From positions 64,001 to 128,000 of the forward strand of contig CAWHHI010000011.1 of NCBI GenBank assembly GCA_963829055.1: a stretch of 64,000 nucleotides of DNA, given 5' to 3'. The notes beneath the pieces were generated by a model. The model saw nothing but the letters and a program-made list of their open reading frames with translations. It had not been told where the DNA came from and did no database searches. Shown here in pieces: positions 63,069-64,000 of this stretch (position 1 is its first letter; each line of letters starts with the position of its first letter). Made by a program: the position numbers and the translations under genes. The stretch comes from an uncultured Gemmatimonadaceae bacterium (lineage in GTDB: Bacteria > Gemmatimonadota > Gemmatimonadetes > Gemmatimonadales > Gemmatimonadaceae).

Positions 63069-64000
63069 ATGGACCGCGTCAGGCACGACATCCGCTTCGC
63101 CCTCCGCGGCTTCCGCCGCTCACCGTCGTTCACGATCACGTCCGTTCTGATCCTCGCCATTGGAATCGGCATGGCCGTGGCGATGTTCACCGTGTTCGAC
63201 GCGGTCGTCATCCGCCCGCTGCCCGTCACCAGCCCCGACCGGGTGGTGGAGCTGTTCACGTACAAGGGCGACCCCAACACCGACTACTACGTCCTGCGCG
63301 AGGATCTGACGAAGGTCGCCGCCACGAGCAAGACGATGCGTGACGTCGCGGGCGTAGCGCACTGGGGCGCGCCCTCCGCGCCGCTCGTCGACGGCGACCG
63401 GCCGCTCGTGCTCAATCGGACGCTCGTCACCGGCAACTTCTTCAACGTGTTAGGCACGCGACCGCTGCTCGGCCGGCTGGTGCAGCCGAGCGACGAGGCG
63501 CCCGGCGCGGAGCTCGTGCTCGTGCTGAGCTACGGCGCGTGGCGGAAACACTTCGGTGGCGACCCGAAGATCGTCGGACGCCGGCTGATGGAGCCGTACG
63601 GCCGCAAGGATTACCGGGTCATCGGAGTCGCGCAGCCGGGGCTCGAGTACCCTGCAGCGGTCGACGTCTGGATGCCGGCGTGGCAGCCATCGGCCAACCT
63701 GTCGGTCATCGCCGTCGCGCGGCTCGCACCTAACGCGACGCCGCGGATGGCGCAGAGCGAGTTTCTGCGGATCATGAAGAGCCTGTCCGCGGACCGCGAG
63801 TACGACGGCGCGCACGTCGAGACGTTCACGCACGCGGTGGTCGGCGATGTGCAGCCCATCCTCGTCGTGCTGGCTGCCGCGGTTGGTCTCCTGCTCCTCA
63901 TCGCGTGCGTCAACGTCGGCAACCTGCTACTCCTCCGCGCAGCCAGTCGCGCCCGCGAGCTCTCGGTCCGGCGCGCGCTCGGCGCAACGTACGGCGACGT
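63069..64000 (+). CDS. MacB/FtsX-type (ADOP-like) ABC permease, 3' truncated by the window edge
   Basis: GGAG then ATG 63069; MDRVRHDIRFALRGFRRSPSF, LLLIACVNVGNLLL and RELSVRRALGA. Confidence 0.88.
   Translation, partial: MDRVRHDIRFALRGFRRSPSFTITSVLILAIGIGMAVAMFTVFDAVVIRPLPVTSPDRVVELFTYKGDPNTDYYVLREDLTKVAATSKTMRDVAGVAHWGAPSAPLVDGDRPLVLNRTLVTGNFFNVLGTRPLLGRLVQPSDEAPGAELVLVLSYGAWRKHFGGDPKIVGRRLMEPYGRKDYRVIGVAQPGLEYPAAVDVWMPAWQPSANLSVIAVARLAPNATPRMAQSEFLRIMKSLSADREYDGAHVETFTHAVVGDVQPILVVLAAAVGLLLLIACVNVGNLLLLRAASRARELSVRRALGATYGD

Noticed and set aside
1771..63735. TTAGGC as telomere-like repeat or eukaryotic contamination
   Set aside because: The copies are dispersed singly inside intact bacterial reading frames and never occur in tandem.

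Overview
GC-rich (about 68-70% by eye) bacterial chromosomal window. Gene content suggests Gemmatimonadota (inference from SusC/SusD, duplicated orphan ABC permeases, a Hanks-type kinase and a short pilin). From left to right it holds: the end of a cyanophycin operon (cphA, an unusual CphA N-domain/pseudo-M-domain gene, cphB); a divergent starch/maltodextrin locus (two GH13, susD, susC | malQ, MFS, GH13); mscL; an AI-2E transporter; ku-ligD; an ABC-2/EamA/PLP-decarboxylase operon; DedA; a TetR-TolC-MFP-RND operon; kinase, pilin and P450; two MacB/FtsX-type permeases; M16 and M14 peptidases; a sensor kinase; a possible copper monooxygenase; a debranching enzyme; a PaaX-family regulator; and an amidohydrolase. 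No rRNA, tRNA, CRISPR array or transposase was recognised. About 15 single-base frameshifts interrupt otherwise intact genes and are most likely sequencing errors. Three observations stand out: (1) the non-palindromic octamer CGTTAGGY occurs about 54 times (hand count) on both strands and is written into genes through rare codons in several frames; (2) a free-standing CphA-derived protein keeps the Cx19HxxEH hydrolytic site but lacks the synthetase machinery; (3) intergenic palindromic elements share a core hairpin but carry different outer arms.
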